Program-made: the position numbers and the translations under genes
Shown: piece after piece, positions 26,560 to 40,899 of the stretch
Numbering within the stretch: the stretch's first letter is position 1
How the letters are laid out: every line of letters begins with the position of its first letter
From: Eledone cirrhosa
Taxonomy: Eukaryota
DNA length: 64,000 nt
Assembly (NCBI GenBank): GCA_964016885.1
Contig: OZ024742.1
Span: 48,112,001 to 48,176,000, forward strand
Direction: 5' to 3'
Notes under the pieces: model-generated
What the model was told of the DNA's origin: nothing
The model's database searches: none
Seen by the model: only the letters and a program-made list of their open reading frames with translations

Positions 26560-27150
26560 TATTGAACTATTGTTAACTGTCTTGACGAATTTTTCCATAC
26601 ATTGCTACCTCACTACCGAGAGCCATACCGTTATATAATGCATCTGTTTAACTCCAGGTAGCATAGAGTAAGACACTCACTGCGTGGTATTGTGTTTTCT
26701 TGAAATTATTAATATTTTAGTTCCAGGATATTCAACCTATATTTATATTTGAATGTGAATTCAAATACCTAGTGAAGTGCTTTCCGGAATGAGTTGCGTG
26801 CATTACATTGCTTTTCCCAGTCTCGTTTCGAACACACAGTATTATTACTACCCACATTATGGCGACAGACGCATGAGGATAATTGCTGAATAACACCATT
26901 GAAATATACGGAGAAATTACGTAAATACTATTCACAGTTCGACCTTGGGTGAAACTGTCGCTAGTTTTGGTAACTATCCAAATTGTCTTACAACTTTTTA
27001 TCGAGTGACCCGATTAACAATTGTTTAATATCTGCTGAATCAATTTCTATAGACGAGCACAATTGATTTGTTTGATATATCAATAACTTTGATGCCTTTA
27101 TTGGATGATTTGATGACTGTTAAGTCGCTGATTATATTGAACTACCGTTC
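26560..27150 (-). pseudogene. Possible heavily decayed PLE RT fragment
   Basis: DLTVIKSSNKGIKVI (DKG-like) near 27090-27125 and NGMALGS near 26610-26635, in the expected order. Confidence 0.35.
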
Positions 27151-27346
27151 ACTACCCTGGTGAATCTGTTCAAACTTGCCGTAGCGATAGAATCTACATC
27201 AGTTTAACCACAGGTGATATTCAGTAGGGCAGTGACTGGTGCGATATTGCAGTACTATTCATTGCATGAAACACCTCATAGCATTATGATTTCGTCAACT
27301 ACAAATATATATTTATACAGGAAAAAGTATGACCATCTTTTGATCT

Positions 27347-27523
<177 letters not shown>

Positions 27524-27568
27524 TATACATATAATATAAGATCAAAAGATGGTTAAACGAGTTCCAAG

Positions 27569-27639
27569 TATTTTATTATGCGCATTTGAAAAACAAATAT
27601 CATCATGGGATGATATCTGCGTTTTCATCAGATAAAATA
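27569..27639 (-). ncRNA. Hammerhead-like motif with damaged core, family K
   Basis: TATTTTAT CTGATGA [long stem II] cAAA TGCGCA TA ATAAAATA; G12 absent. Confidence 0.55.
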
Positions 27640-27800
27640 GGGATACATGATATGAAGCTTAAAAAACACTTGTGAATAGTGAAGTTTTAAATCAACATAT
27701 CAACAAACTGTAGAGTGCTACTTATCCGATATTTGCATTGCTTTATTGTGCTACAATAAAACTCACCTCCTACATTACATATACATATATATACATATAC

Positions 27801-29058
27801 GACTTTGCGAAGGCCTTTGACAAGCTCGACCACGGAATGATATGTCACAAACTACATGGACTCGGCATAACTGGAAAAATAGGTGAGTGGCTGCATGACT
27901 TCCTAAGGGACAGAAGCCAGGCAGTCGCAGCAAATGGGGCTCTCTCGAAGGAAACACCAATAACAAGTGGGGTGTCCCAGGGGACAGTCCTGGGACCACT
28001 ACTGTTTTTGGTGGCTCTCTCAGACATTCCATCTGTATTAAATACAACAACATCCCTCCCTAGCTATGCTGATGACACTAAGGTAGCACAGGTAATCAAA
28101 AACCCGGCTGATGCTGCCCTTTTACTGCAGGATCTGGATGCCATATACAAATGGGCGGAAGAAAACAACATGCAGTTTAATGCTGGCATATTCCAAGCTC
28201 TACAATACAATCCTCCAAACAAACCTGCAAACACAAATATAGTGGAACACAACTACACAGGAGCAGGAAGGACCGATATCCCCGTGTCAAAATCGATACG
28301 AGACCTGGGCATAGACATGAGCGATGATGCATCTTTTTCTTCACACATCATGAAAGTGGCGACAATGTGCAGACGACTCGCTGGCTGGATCTTGAGGACT
28401 TTCCGGACAAGAGATCGAGACACCATGTTGACACTACGGAGGACATTTGTCCTAAGCCGCCTGGACTACTACTCCCAGTTGTGTCTCCCCATAGTGTCAA
28501 ACTAACCAGGGAGCTTGAGGCAATCCAGTGAAGCTACACCAAGAGGATTGCCAAGATGAGGGAGACAAGCTACTGGGAGAGGCTAAAGGAACTGAACCTC
28601 TATTCCTTGGAGCGAAGACGGGAGAGATACGCAGTGATCTACATGTGGAAAATCCTGGAGGGATTAGCACCAAACTTTGGCATTGGGAGCTGGACCAACC
28701 GTCGAACAGGACGTCACTGTGTGGTGCCAAAGGTCCCGTCTTCCACATCTAGAATAAGGAGCAGGTATTGCAATAGCCTGGGATTCAAGGGCCGTCAACA
28801 CTTCAACAGGCTGCGAGGGATCTGAGAGACTTGCATGACGTGGAGGTGGATGAATTCAAGAACATCTCGACACCTTGTTATCCAGGATACCGGATGAGCC
28901 CACAGCAAGACACGAGGGAAACCTAAGGGCAGCAGTAACAAACTCCCTCTTACACCAGTGGCCAACCTATACAGGCTTGAGATAAAATGTGTAGCAACAA
29001 GGGCGGTGCCCCTGCATGGCCCCAGCCGGATGGCTGAAACAGGTAAAAGAGTAAAAGA

Positions 29059-29060
<2 letters not shown>
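27801..29060 (+). mobile_element. 5'-truncated CR1-type LINE
   Basis: DFAKAFDKLDH, SGVSQGTVLGPLLF, YADDTKV, RDLGI, SRLDYYSQL, YWERLKELNLYSLERRRER; 3' end with (GTAAAAGA)2. Confidence 0.9.
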
Positions 29061-29103
<43 letters not shown>

Positions 29104-29118
29104 TGTATATATATGTGA

Positions 29119-29163
<45 letters not shown>

Positions 29164-29308
29164 TATATAAGTACATATATATGTGTGTATATATATGTAT
29201 TTATATATGTATATATACATATGTATATATATGTATGTATATATATATATATATACATGAATATACACACACATATATATACACACACACACATATATAT
29301 GTATATAT

Positions 29309-29364
<56 letters not shown>

Positions 29365-29791
29365 AACACATGAGTTGATATATATATATATATTTAAAAA
29401 AAAACAGTAAATAGGAAAAAGTTTTTTTCAGTAGAAAATGTTGAAGATATTCTTTCAGTGTAATATCAAAACATTAACTTACCTACAAAGTTAATTTATT
29501 TACAAACCTAACCTCGGCGGGATTTGAACTCAGACCTCCCGGTATGATCTGAGTTCAAATCCCGCCGAGGTTAACTTTGCCTTTCATCCTTCCAGGGTCG
29601 ATAGAATAAAGTACCAGTAAACCATTGGGTAATTGCTGGCCTTGTGCCAAAAGTAGAAACAATTAATTTATTTACAAAGTGGATATTTCGGCATTTAATA
29701 TATCAGTTGCAGAATTATATGCATTGCCAATTGCGGATATGAAAAATATTGTTAAGTTGCATATTTAAACAAATAATAGTAATAATAATAG

Positions 29792-29975
29792 TTGTTTCTA
29801 CTTTAGGCACAAGGCCAGCAAATACCCAGTGCATCACTGGTACTTTATTATATCAACCCCGTAAGGATGAAAGGCAAAGTCAACACGGCGTCATTTGAAC
29901 TCAGATCGTAAAGGTAAGTAACTATGCTGGAAAGTATGGCGTCCGACCCGCTACCGATTCTGCCAATCCACCGCC
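29792..29975 (-). mobile_element. Full-length tRNA-derived SINE
   Basis: 5' ggcggtggattggcagaatcggtag (A-box-like), gagttcaaat (B-box-like), gcctttcatcc core. Confidence 0.85.
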
Positions 29976-30276
29976 TGTGAATCGGCAGTATAATACTATA
30001 ATAATAGTAATAATAAGAATAAAAAGGGGAAGAAGAATAAGTTTTCACATATACATTCAAAGAGGAGAATTCATATCTCTAACGTGCCTGCCCTTCTTTC
30101 TCTGTTAATAGTTTGGTTTTGACTGTTATTATTATTATTACTACGATTATTACTATTACTATTATTTGTATAAACACTCAACATAACAATATTACTCATA
30201 TCCGCAATTGACAATGCATATAATGCTGAAAACGATATATTATATACGGAAATATCCACTTTGTAGATAAATTAAT

Positions 30277-30455
30277 TGTTTCTACTTTAGGCACAAGGCC
30301 AGCAATTACCCAGTGCATTACTGGTGCTTTTAATTTATCGTAAGGATGAAAGGCAAAGTCAACCTCGGCGGGATTTGAACTCAGATCGTAAACGGACGTA
30401 ACTATGCTGGAAAGCATGGCGGCCGACCCTCTACCGATACTGCCAATCCACCGCC
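30277..30455 (-). mobile_element. Full-length tRNA-derived SINE with 18-bp TSD
   Basis: A box tggcagtatcggt, B box gttcaaatcc; TSD ctttgtagataaattaat at 30259-30276 and 30456-30473. Confidence 0.9.
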
Positions 30456-30569
30456 CTTTGTAGATAAATTAATGTTTTGATATTACACTGAAAGAATCTC
30501 TTCAGCATTTTCTACTGAACAAACATTTATCCTTTCTACTATGTGTTTATATATACATATATATATATA

Positions 30570-30758
30570 TTAATATAGATGTGAGTCTACAGGACTTGAA
30601 TTGTTTCATTCTTTAGAAATCATCAGATTCCTGATGATTACTAAAGAATGAAACAGTTCTAGTCCTGTAGAATCTCATCTATATTAAAATTGTTATACTC
30701 TGCTATGTATTGAGTACCTTACTTACTGTGGTTACCTCCGATTTAACCCGGTATAACC

Positions 30759-30760
<2 letters not shown>
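30570..30760 (+). mobile_element. Ultra-short fold-back element, family E
   Basis: Arms 30570-30626 / 30631-30687 with a 4-nt spacer; tail TACTCtgctatgtattGAGTACC; relatives at 48262-48405 and 49525-49690. Confidence 0.8.
30625..30675 (+). ncRNA. Type I hammerhead ribozyme, family E
   Basis: AGATTC CTGATGA ttactaaagaat GAAA CAG ttctagtc CTG TA GAATCT; stem II is weak. Confidence 0.8.
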
Positions 30761-30828
<68 letters not shown>

Positions 30829-32182
30829 AAGTTAAATAAAAGTCAAATGATTAAAATTTAGCTTCGTTTATTACTGCTATATATATTTCAGTGACAGCCA
30901 TCTTTGGCTGTGACCTCTTCAGGCAGTTTGAATTAGTATGGTATAGACAAGTACATATGTTGTTTAGGTGTATGATATTGTCAATACTCTGATATGCCCA
31001 GTTCCTTGTTGGGTTGTTAATTCACTGGGGAACTGGAGTCATATGAATTCAAACAAACGAAATTTAGTGTCACAGGTCCCCTTCTCCTCTCATTGGTCAG
31101 TTATTAGTGTTGTCATTGTTGGAGTTAGCTTAAAAATTGATAAAATGGTAGAAGGGACAAGGTGTTGAAGGAACAAAATATCAAAAAATGTGTCAAACTT
31201 CCCATTGTTCAGTTCTGAGAGCATTCCTCAGTCAGAAGTCTATAGAATTCTTTCTGGGGTGAGGCTCCCTGTAGTGTTTATGCCTGCTATTGTTCAGTAC
31301 ATTTGACCTCCACCATTATTTTGGTACTGTTGTTGTTGTAGTGGTCAGCTTATATCTTGCTGCTGCTAACAATTTAGAAGTATTCAGTTTGTGTTTTCTC
31401 TTCATCCCACCCGCCACCATCTTAGTGGTGGTGGCGGGGGGGGGGTTATTTCATGTATATGAAGAAATATAAGGCAATAAATGAAGAAAACAGAAGATAA
31501 ATAAATAATATAATAAAATAAAATAATTAATATAATTTGTGTAATTTGAAAATAAATAAATAAATAGAGAATAAAGAATAAAGAGTAAATGAGAGATTGG
31601 TGAAAAAGTAATGATAATGTATATGGAGAAGTGAGAAATAATGTAGGATAAAGTGTGTGTGTGTGTGTGTGTGTGCTATAACCATTCTCAAGGTCAGAAT
31701 ATGTTGGATAGATTGGTATGATACAAGATGTTAGGATGAGATATTCAATGTGTTTGTGTTATAATCTATCTCAACTTAAAATAAATATAAATATAAGGTT
31801 ATACAGTGAAGAGGGCAGAAAACAAATAACAAATTAATATAGAGAAATCAAGATTTAAGATTGGAACTTTAAAGTCAGAAATCTGGTAAATTAAAAGTGT
31901 TTGTGTTATAGATGTCGGCCAGATTATTATGGCTGTGTCCGATTCTGTCTCTAGGCTATCATGGTGTCTGCTCCGCCTGGGTTGTTCCCTATGTCTTGAG
32001 GGGAGTTCACAACCTAGGGTGTTGTAATTGTCCATATAGCTTGAGGGAGGTCTGGCCGAGAGGTGTTTTCATGTTCTGTAGAAGTCCCTATAGCTTGAGG
32101 GGAGTTCACATCTTCTTGTGTTGCTACTGTCCATATATTTTGAGAAAGGTCCCGGCTCTAAGGTGTCTGCATGTCCCGAAGA

Positions 32183-33018
32183 CATATAAGAGGAGACACC
32201 GACAAATCACGTGGTACAACCCACCCTACTCAGCGGCCCTAAAGAAAAGCTTGGCCCGATTGTTCTTTGGAGCACTTGACAAATGCTTCCCGAGGGACCA
32301 CAGATACCACAGGATCCTCAACAGACACACTGTGAAGCTTTCGTATTCCACCACGAGAAAGTTGGCCCAACACATAGCTAGCATCAACAGAAGTAGGCTT
32401 AATAACCACACACAACCAGAAGATGGCAATACAAACACTCAGCAGAACCATGTGAAAGGAGGGAAGGGGGGACCCAGAGCCCACCCAAGAAACACAAACA
32501 GACCCAAGGACCCCCCACCGAGCATGGGGGAAGACCAACATGTAACACATAATGAGAACCCTAATCTAAGCACGCAGAGGCCGCCCACCCTCTGCAACTG
32601 TAGAAACCCCGAATCATGCCCCCTTGGTAATGAATGTCTCAAGAAGAACATAGTGTACGGTTGTAGGGTAAAAACCCCCAACTCCGAACACCTCTACATA
32701 GGAGCCACATCAGCGAGCTTTAAGTACCGCTGGTACAACCATCGCCATTCATTCAAGAAGGAGGCCAAAAGGAAAAGCACAGCTCTCTCCGACCTGATCT
32801 GGAAGCTTAAGCTGGACAGGACCCCATACTCTCTGGCCTGGTACATAATCAGGAAAGTACCACCCGATAAAGGGGGATCTTGCATATGCAAACTATGCCT
32901 GAACGAGACCCTCGAGATACTAAGAGGTGGAAGCGGCCTGATAAACCTCAGAACCGACTTCTTCGGGACATGCAGACACCTTAGAGCCGGGACCTTTCTC
33001 AAAATATATGGACAGTAG
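32183..33018 (+). pseudogene. PLE linker + GIY-YIG endonuclease (open frame, 5'-truncated)
   Basis: WYNPPYS, HRILNRHTVKLSYS, CNCRNPESCPL, NIVYGC..YIGATSASFKYRWYNH, CKLCLNE, TCRH. Confidence 0.9.
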
Positions 33019-34203
33019 CAACACAAGAAGATGTGAACTCCCCTCAAGCTATAGGGACTTCTACAGAACATGAAAACACCTCTCGGCCAGACCTCCCTCA
33101 AGCTATATGGACAATTACAACACCCTAGGTGTGAACTCCCCTCAAGCCATAGGGAACAACCCAGGCGGAGCAGACACCATGATAGCCTAGAGATAGAATC
33201 GGACACAGCCATAATAATCTGGCCAACATCTATAACACAAACACTTTTAATTTACCAGATTTCTGACTTTAAAGTTCCAATCTTAAATCTTGATTTCTCT
33301 TTATTAATTTGTTATTTGTTTTCTGCCCTCTTCACTGTATAACCTTATATTTATTTTAAGTTGAGATAGATTATAACACAAACACATTGAATATCTCATC
33401 TTAACATCTTGTATCATACCAATCTATCCAACATATTCTGACCTTGAGATTGGTTATAGCACACACACACACACACTTTATCCTACATTATTTCTCACTT
33501 CTCCATATACATTATCATTACTTTTTCACCAATCTCTCATTTACTCTTTATTCTTTATTCTCTATTTATTTATTTATTTTCAAATTACACAAATTATATT
33601 AATTATTTTATTTTATTATATTATTTATTTATCTTCTGTTTTCTTCATTTATTGCCTTATATTTCTTCATATACATGAAATAACCCCCCCCCCCCGCCAC
33701 GACCACTACGATGGTGGCGGGTGGGATGAAGAGAAAACACAAACTGAATACTTCTAAATTGTTAGCAGCAGCAAGGTATAAGCTGACCACTACAACAACA
33801 ACAGTACCAAAATAATGGTGGAGGTCAAATGTACTGAACAATAGCAGGCATAAACACTACAGGGAGCCTCACCCCAGAAAGAATTCTATAGACTTCTGAC
33901 TGAGGAATGCTCTCAGAACTGAACAATGGGAAGTTTGACACATTTTTTGATATTTTGTTCCTTCAACACCTTGTCCCTTCTACCATTTTATCAATTTTTA
34001 AGCTAACTCCAACAATGACAACACTAATAACTGACCAATGAGAGGAGAAGGGGACCTGTGACACTAAAATTCGTTTGTTTGAATTCATATGACTCCAGTT
34101 CCCCAGTGAATTAACAACCCAACAAGGAACTGGGCATATCAGAGTATTGACAATATCATACACCTAAACAACATATGTACTTGTCTATACCATACTAATT
34201 CAA

Positions 34204-34258
34204 ACTGCCTGAAGAGGTCACAGCCAAAGATGGCTGTCACTGAAATATATATAGCAGT
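34204..34258 (+). ncRNA. Type I hammerhead ribozyme, family B
   Basis: ACTGC CTGAAGA GGTCACAGCCA aaga TGGCTGTCACT GAAA TATATA TA GCAGT. Confidence 0.85.
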
Positions 34259-34404
34259 AATAAACGAAGCTAAATTTTAATCATTTGACTTTTATTTAAC
34301 TTTATTTTACACTACTCCGGAGTAACCAAACCAACCTGCGCACTTCGTCGAGTGCTCCAGCCTGCATACTGAGGTGTTGGTATACAACCAACATAAACTC
34401 AAAA

Positions 34405-34477
<73 letters not shown>

Positions 34478-34530
34478 TTGGTTTTAAACGTTTCCATCTC
34501 CTCCGTTTATTTCGTTTATATATATATATA

Positions 34531-37500
34531 TGGAGGAAGTTGTAGTTCACTTGAAGCATTGTGTGATGAGGTGTAAACTTTTGGAGTTGAAAAGCCAAAA
34601 CAAAGCAGGTATGGATATAGAATATAAATGCAAATGCAAAAGATATTGTTGGCAATTAGTCTTTTACCTTAAATTTATTTAAATATCCTTAATTTTCGAG
34701 ATAATATCTCATCTTCGGAGGGAAGTAAAGGGGAAAATTCAGTGTACAAATTACCTTGCCAAGTCATGCTGACAGGAAATGGTATAGAGACTTCATTCTA
34801 TCTCTAATGTCAAAGAGTGAAGGTTAGGTGGATAAAGAGTAGTCACCCTTTAAAAGGTGTTTTGTACATGTATGTTTAATTGTGGGAGAATACGTGAAAG
34901 CGTGAGTATGCGTGTGTGTGTGTGTGTGTGTGAGTGTGAAAAGATATGTCTATATGTAAATGTGGGGGCTTGATGCTCTATCATGTTAAATTTTTTCTTT
35001 GTGTGTGTATGTGTATGTGTAAGTGTGAGAGAGAATAAGTGGAGGTGTAAGCGTGAGTGTGTGTGTGTGTGTGGGCGTGTGCGTGTGAGAGGAGGGTGTA
35101 AGTGTGGGGCTAGGTGCTCTATCATGTTAAAAATTGGGTGTTGAGTTCTAGTCTATTATTGATTGGTGGTTGTGTTTTGTCTATAATCAGTGCTCCCTTA
35201 ATTCTAAGATGGGCGAGGTTTCTTTCCTTAGTTTCTATCCTAACTGTTATGTTTGTGTCGGTGTTTTTGCATTTCACTAGGTCTTTCTTAAATGAGCAAG
35301 CGTTAGTATTGAGGTGTTCTTTTATTCTTATGAAATTGCTGCATTTGTCGCACTCTAATCTGCATACGACGTAAGCCTGGTGGCATAGGTCTGTGTCGTT
35401 GATGGGGCTGTTGGCTAGCCTGCAGCGGCTATATACATACCATCCGACAAAGGTAAAGAGTAGTGTGTCATCTCTCAAGCCACATACAACAAGCTAGCCT
35501 TTGAACACCTAAGCGACAATGAACTATATACAGAAATCCCGGACATGACTGCAGCCCAGATCGAAAAATAGGCCAACTCCATTTGGTTCGACATTTGTAG
35601 GAGAAGAAAACTCCCAAATAAAGTTAAGTTCAACTACACCACTAGAAATAGCAGACTGCGCACTTTCTATCACCTCATCAAGACCCACAAGAATAGTTCT
35701 AGGACACAAACAAGACCCATCGTCTCCAGCATAGAATGACCCCTATACAAAATCTCCTGGCTCCTCTCCCAGGTCCTCAAGCCTCTACTCACCACCTTTC
35801 CCGGGCATGTCAGTAGCTCCGACGAGGTCATACGTAGACTACACCAACTCCAGCCAGAACAACCTAAACTAAATAGATACGCCTTTAGCCTCGACGTTGT
35901 CTCTATCTACACAAGTGTCCCCGCTCATCTAGCAGTCGATATATTGACGGACTGCGTTGTCGCAGAGGACATCCACTGCTACGGCCTCCATCCGACGGAC
36001 ATACACAAGCTTTTGTCCTTCACAGTGGACAACACGTACTTCACCTTCCACCACCACACATACAGACAGACGACAGGATTACCCATGGGTCCAGCCTATC
36101 GGAACTGCTGGCCATCACCTATATGAACCAGCTAGAATGCCGAGCCCTCAACACCTGCCATTCTCATACCTTCTTCACCCGATATATAGATGACATACTC
36201 ATCCTTACATCTTCCCGTGAGGAGCCGGATAAAATTCACACGACATTCTCCAGCATGGACGCCAGTATAAAGTTCAGCATGGAATATCCCGATGACCGCG
36301 GATCCCTATCCCTACTGGACTTCCAACTCAGGGTAACAGAGGAAGGCAACAGCCACACGTGCTTCTATAAAAAATCCGCCAGCAGGGACCTGTTCGTATA
36401 TTTCAGATCGGCCCTCCCAGCCGGCGCTAAGTTCGGATACATAAGGAACGAACTAACACGAATCCAGAACAAATGCACCGACGCAAGAGACCGGGACACA
36501 CAGACCACACAATTCCTGGAAGTACTCAAACAGAACAGATACCCGACGTCCACCACGAACCAAGTCAGAAAAAACAGAGGACACCACACCCGAGGCACTA
36601 ACATCTCCTTCCTGAAGCTCCCACACTTAAGTGACGAAACAACAACAGCCATCAGCAGAGCTATCAGACGAGAGGGACTAGATATCCAACTAGCCCACTC
36701 ACCACTCAGGACCTTCTCTACGCGGACAGCTAACCAAAAGACACTCCACCAGACATGGCAGCTGCTGCAGCCTAGCCAACTGCCCCATCAACGACACAGA
36801 CCTATGACACCATGCTTACGTCGTATACAGATTAGAGTGCAACAAATGCAGCAATTTCTACGTAGGTAGCACCACCAGACCACTCCACATAAGAATAAAA
36901 GAACACCTCAATACTAACGCTTCCTCATTTAAGAAACACCTAGTGAAATGCAAAAACACCGACAAAACCATAACAGTTAGGATAGAAACTAAGGAAAGAA
37001 ACCTCGGCAATCTTAGAATTAAGGAAGCACTAATTATAGACAAAACACAACCACTAATCAATAATAGACTAGAACTCAACACCCAATGTTTAACATGATT
37101 GAGCACCTAGCCCCACACTTACACCCTCCTCTCACACGCACACGCACACACACACACACACACGCTTACACCTCCACCTAGTCTCTCTCACACATACACA
37201 TACACACACAAAGACCAGTTTTAACATGATAGAGCATCTAGCCCCACATTTACATATAGACATATCTTCTCACCCTCACACACACACACATACACACACA
37301 CACATACTCACGCCTTCACGCATTCTCCTACACTTAAATATACATGTACACAACCCCTTTTAAAGGGAGACTACTCTTTATCCACCTAACCTTCACTATT
37401 TGACATTAGAGATAGAATGGAGTCTCTAAACCATTTCCTATCAGCATGACATGGCAAGCTAATTAGTACACTGGATTATCCCCTTTACTTCCCTCCGAAG

Positions 37501-37634
37501 AAGAGATATTATCTCGAAAATTAAGGTTATTTAAATAAATTTAAGGTAAAAGACTAATTGTCAACAATATCTTTTGCATTTGCATTTATATTCTATATCC
37601 ATACCTGCTTTGTTTTGGCTTTTCAACTCCAAAA

Positions 37635-37640
<6 letters not shown>
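34531..37640 (+). mobile_element. PLE family F (DKG motif, CxxC-containing GIY-YIG) with inverted arm
   Basis: ORF remnant ~35440-37098: PSDKG, FYHLIKTHK, TRPIVSS, FSLDVVSIYT, GLPMG, RYIDDIL, LLDF, VYRLECNKC..YVGSTTRPLHIRIKEH; 34573-35428 is an inverted copy of ~36770-37640. Confidence 0.92.
37491..37527 (+). ncRNA. Minimal hammerhead-like motif (CCGAAGA core), family F; second copy 34686-34722 (minus)
   Basis: CCT CCGAAGA a GAGATA t TATCTC GAAA AT TA AGG; stem I is short. Confidence 0.6.
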
Positions 37641-37715
<75 letters not shown>

Positions 37716-38614
37716 CATACATATTCATTTTATTAAGCGTAAATAGTGACTGTTGTTACTCTAGGGGTATCGACTATTTATCACATGGTGGTTTCGCCTA
37801 TTTATCACATTTTCTATTAGAAGCGATTTAGTAAATCAAACTGTATCACATCTCATGGGTATCAATCACAGAATATGATCCTTCTCGTAACAATAGTAAA
37901 TAAAATTATTATTTATGTCACTTGAGCTGAAAGGGGGATTCAACTACAGTTTTCGTTGAAAGCGCTGAAAACTGCCTGATGGTGAGAAATTATTCTTGAT
38001 GGGGGACTTTCTTGCCAGTGGGGGAAATTACCACATCGCACAGCCATATTTCTTAGACAGGCGTTTTTTGATAAGATTTACAGAACTTACTCTATGCATT
38101 TCAAATACGGTTTTCCATTTGACGAATGTCGGAAACATCCAAACGCTAGTCACTATCAATTAATTGATCAATAAATTAGACGTCTGACACGCAGGCAAGA
38201 TGTAATTCCTAGTTGGTTCTTTCAATAAGAGAAGCATGGTCTTATCTTAAACACATTCGTTCTGACATAAACATTAATATTCAAAAGCCATTTCAAACAC
38301 AACGTGTTGCCCCACGTAAAACAATAATCAAAATGTCAGCAGGTTGAAGAATTAAAACATTGCACAATACTTCAATGGCACTTTTGAAGCAAAGTCACCT
38401 CAAATTAATATAAATGGTGATATTGAAGCTTCATAGTAAGGTTTATGAGACAAAATAGTTGAGACGGCAAAAGATACATTTGCCTGTCCATCGAAAGCAC
38501 CAGGATTGATTTGACACAAATGATCCACAAATCCAATACATCTTCAGGAAATTCATAAAAGGCACAGTATTTGGATGGTTGATGAGAGCTCAACTTCCAA
38601 ACATACATAAATAT

Positions 38615-38746
<132 letters not shown>

Positions 38747-39707
38747 ATATATATATATAAAATGGGCACTTTAAAATTCGTGGAATTTGTCTTTTATATA
38801 AACACTATGCAAATAATTTCCAACTTGCTGGTAGCAACTTAACCAAGTACATTTATGTTTTAGCGTGTACGATCTGCAAAAATATTCTGAAGTAATAGGT
38901 TAAAATCTACGCCATTTTAAAAATAACCACCCTAAAAACAACATGTTTTCTGTAAAATCTGAAGGAAGACCGAACATAAAATTTATGGTAAAACATTGCT
39001 GCTAGAAACATGACATAATTGAACCTTTGAGAAACGTTTATGGAGATACTTTCTTTAAGAAAAGAGCAATTTAGAAATGGATATCTTGTTTCAATAAAGA
39101 CGAGATGGAGATGAAAATGATAAACGAAACAGCACGCCAAGAACATCAGTTTGTGAATAAAAAGCTTGATGCTCTAGAGATTTAGTTCATGGAGTCCAAC
39201 GATGAACATCGTAAATTATAGCTTACACTCTAAACTTTGACACAGTTCAAATAATTTTAAGTGATGTTTTATGAACAAAGTCAGAGAGTTAGCAGAAAAT
39301 CTCCCCGGAAGATTAAATTGAATACGTTCCCACCACTACGATGATCTTTCCCATTCCTCTTGTCAAACAAGGGGAATCTTATAGGAAATACAATGGGTCA
39401 TTATTAGACATTAAGATTACAATACTTATTTAACACTTGATTATCTGTTACTTCCTAAACTTAAATTATTTTTAAGAGTGTCTACTTTGACATCATTAAT
39501 GACGTAAAAACGATTAGAGTGACATGGTTGAATTTTCATAATTCTTAGTACTACCAGGACAGTATTAATGACTTGTAACATTGCTTACAAAAGTGCTTTG
39601 ATGTCGATGGTGGAGAAATAAGGTTTTACAGTAAATAGTTTTCTATTCATTTCATATTTCCACGAACGTTTTGAATATGTGTCGTATATAGATATACTTA
39701 TGTATAC

Positions 39708-39738
<31 letters not shown>

Positions 39739-39761
39739 TATAGATATAGACATACATACGT

Positions 39762-39792
<31 letters not shown>

Positions 39793-39802
39793 TACACACA
39801 CT

Positions 39803-39920
<118 letters not shown>

Positions 39921-40899
39921 AGTAAGTATGTTTTGAAACACCGAGCAAGTTTGAAATTAGAAAATAGAAGCTTTCACCGTATTTTTTTTTACTAAAGAAA
40001 TTTTAGCCTGATAGTGGGGTTTAGAACCCTCAGAGAAATGGAAAAAGATGAGTATTGACGTACATATATATATTAGAAGAAAGCTTCAAGATATAAGTTT
40101 TAAAGCAAAGGCACTCAAGAGGAGTTCCAGTAAGATACTGTCAACCAACTCCCCATATGGCTTAAATACACAACAACTCTCCCATATCCAAATAGCTAAA
40201 TGTCAGCAGAATGTCAGCATTATTCATGAAATAGATGTGGCCCGGTTCTCTTAGAATTTAAGGGCCGAAACGCTTGGTTGAGAAGGATTTTTTCCTGCAG
40301 ACCTTCTGCTATCTAGCTCTCTTTAGAGTTTCTTACCACTATATTCTTTATATCTTTCCCTTGTGTGTGTATATATGCCACATTTTCGTTTATAGCTCTA
40401 TATGTCCATGTGTGTGTACCGGTCTGACGTAATATGTTGGGTTCTTTAATTGATTCATGGAAACACTACTAAAACTATCACATGTGAAATCTGTAATATT
40501 TGTTGGCATATTTATTTCTGTTAGGTTTTTGGTGTTGGTTCCGAAAAATAAGTGAAAGTTAATGAAATGTAACTCGATGTATATCCATCATTAACCGAAC
40601 AATTTTAAATGTTTAGATAATAATAATGACATTGGAAGCTACAAACAAACAAAAAATTGCCCCCGAAGAATAGACCATCGTTTTGAAAATAGTCTCATAA
40701 AGCTATGGGAGAACAAATGTGAAGAGCAGCGACAAGAATGACTCTAAAAACGAATACAAACAACAGCGAAATATAGGCATAATGAATCTTACTAACACAT
40801 ATAAAATAGTTTCCTTATGATAGGATAAGGCTAGCAAATATTTAACAAGAGAATTCAGATGCACTAAACTAGAGCACACAATAGGGAGGTTGCCTCAGG

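Larger units (their letters stand above)
29400..30545. repeat. Diverged inverted duplication with a SINE at the equivalent site in both arms
   Basis: 29400-29490 matches 30456-30545 and 29660-29790 matches 30150-30277 in reverse orientation. Confidence 0.7.
30823..34407 (+). mobile_element. 5'-truncated PLE, family B, with ~1.36-kb inverted 5' arm
   Basis: 30823-32182 is the reverse complement of ~32960-34309; HHRs at 30873-30927 (minus) and 34204-34258 (plus); tail 34310-34407. Confidence 0.92.

Noticed and set aside
30290-30455. tRNA gene
   Set aside because: The A/B boxes belong to a dispersed SINE with a TSD; no cloverleaf
31912-33018. 368-aa ORF as a complete gene
   Set aside because: Chimeric: the first ~90 codons are antisense of the inverted arm; the real PLE frame starts at the junction near 32183
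40225-40290. GGCCC..GGGCC GAAA CGC as a hammerhead
   Set aside because: CUGANGA and stem I not recognisable; too decayed to support
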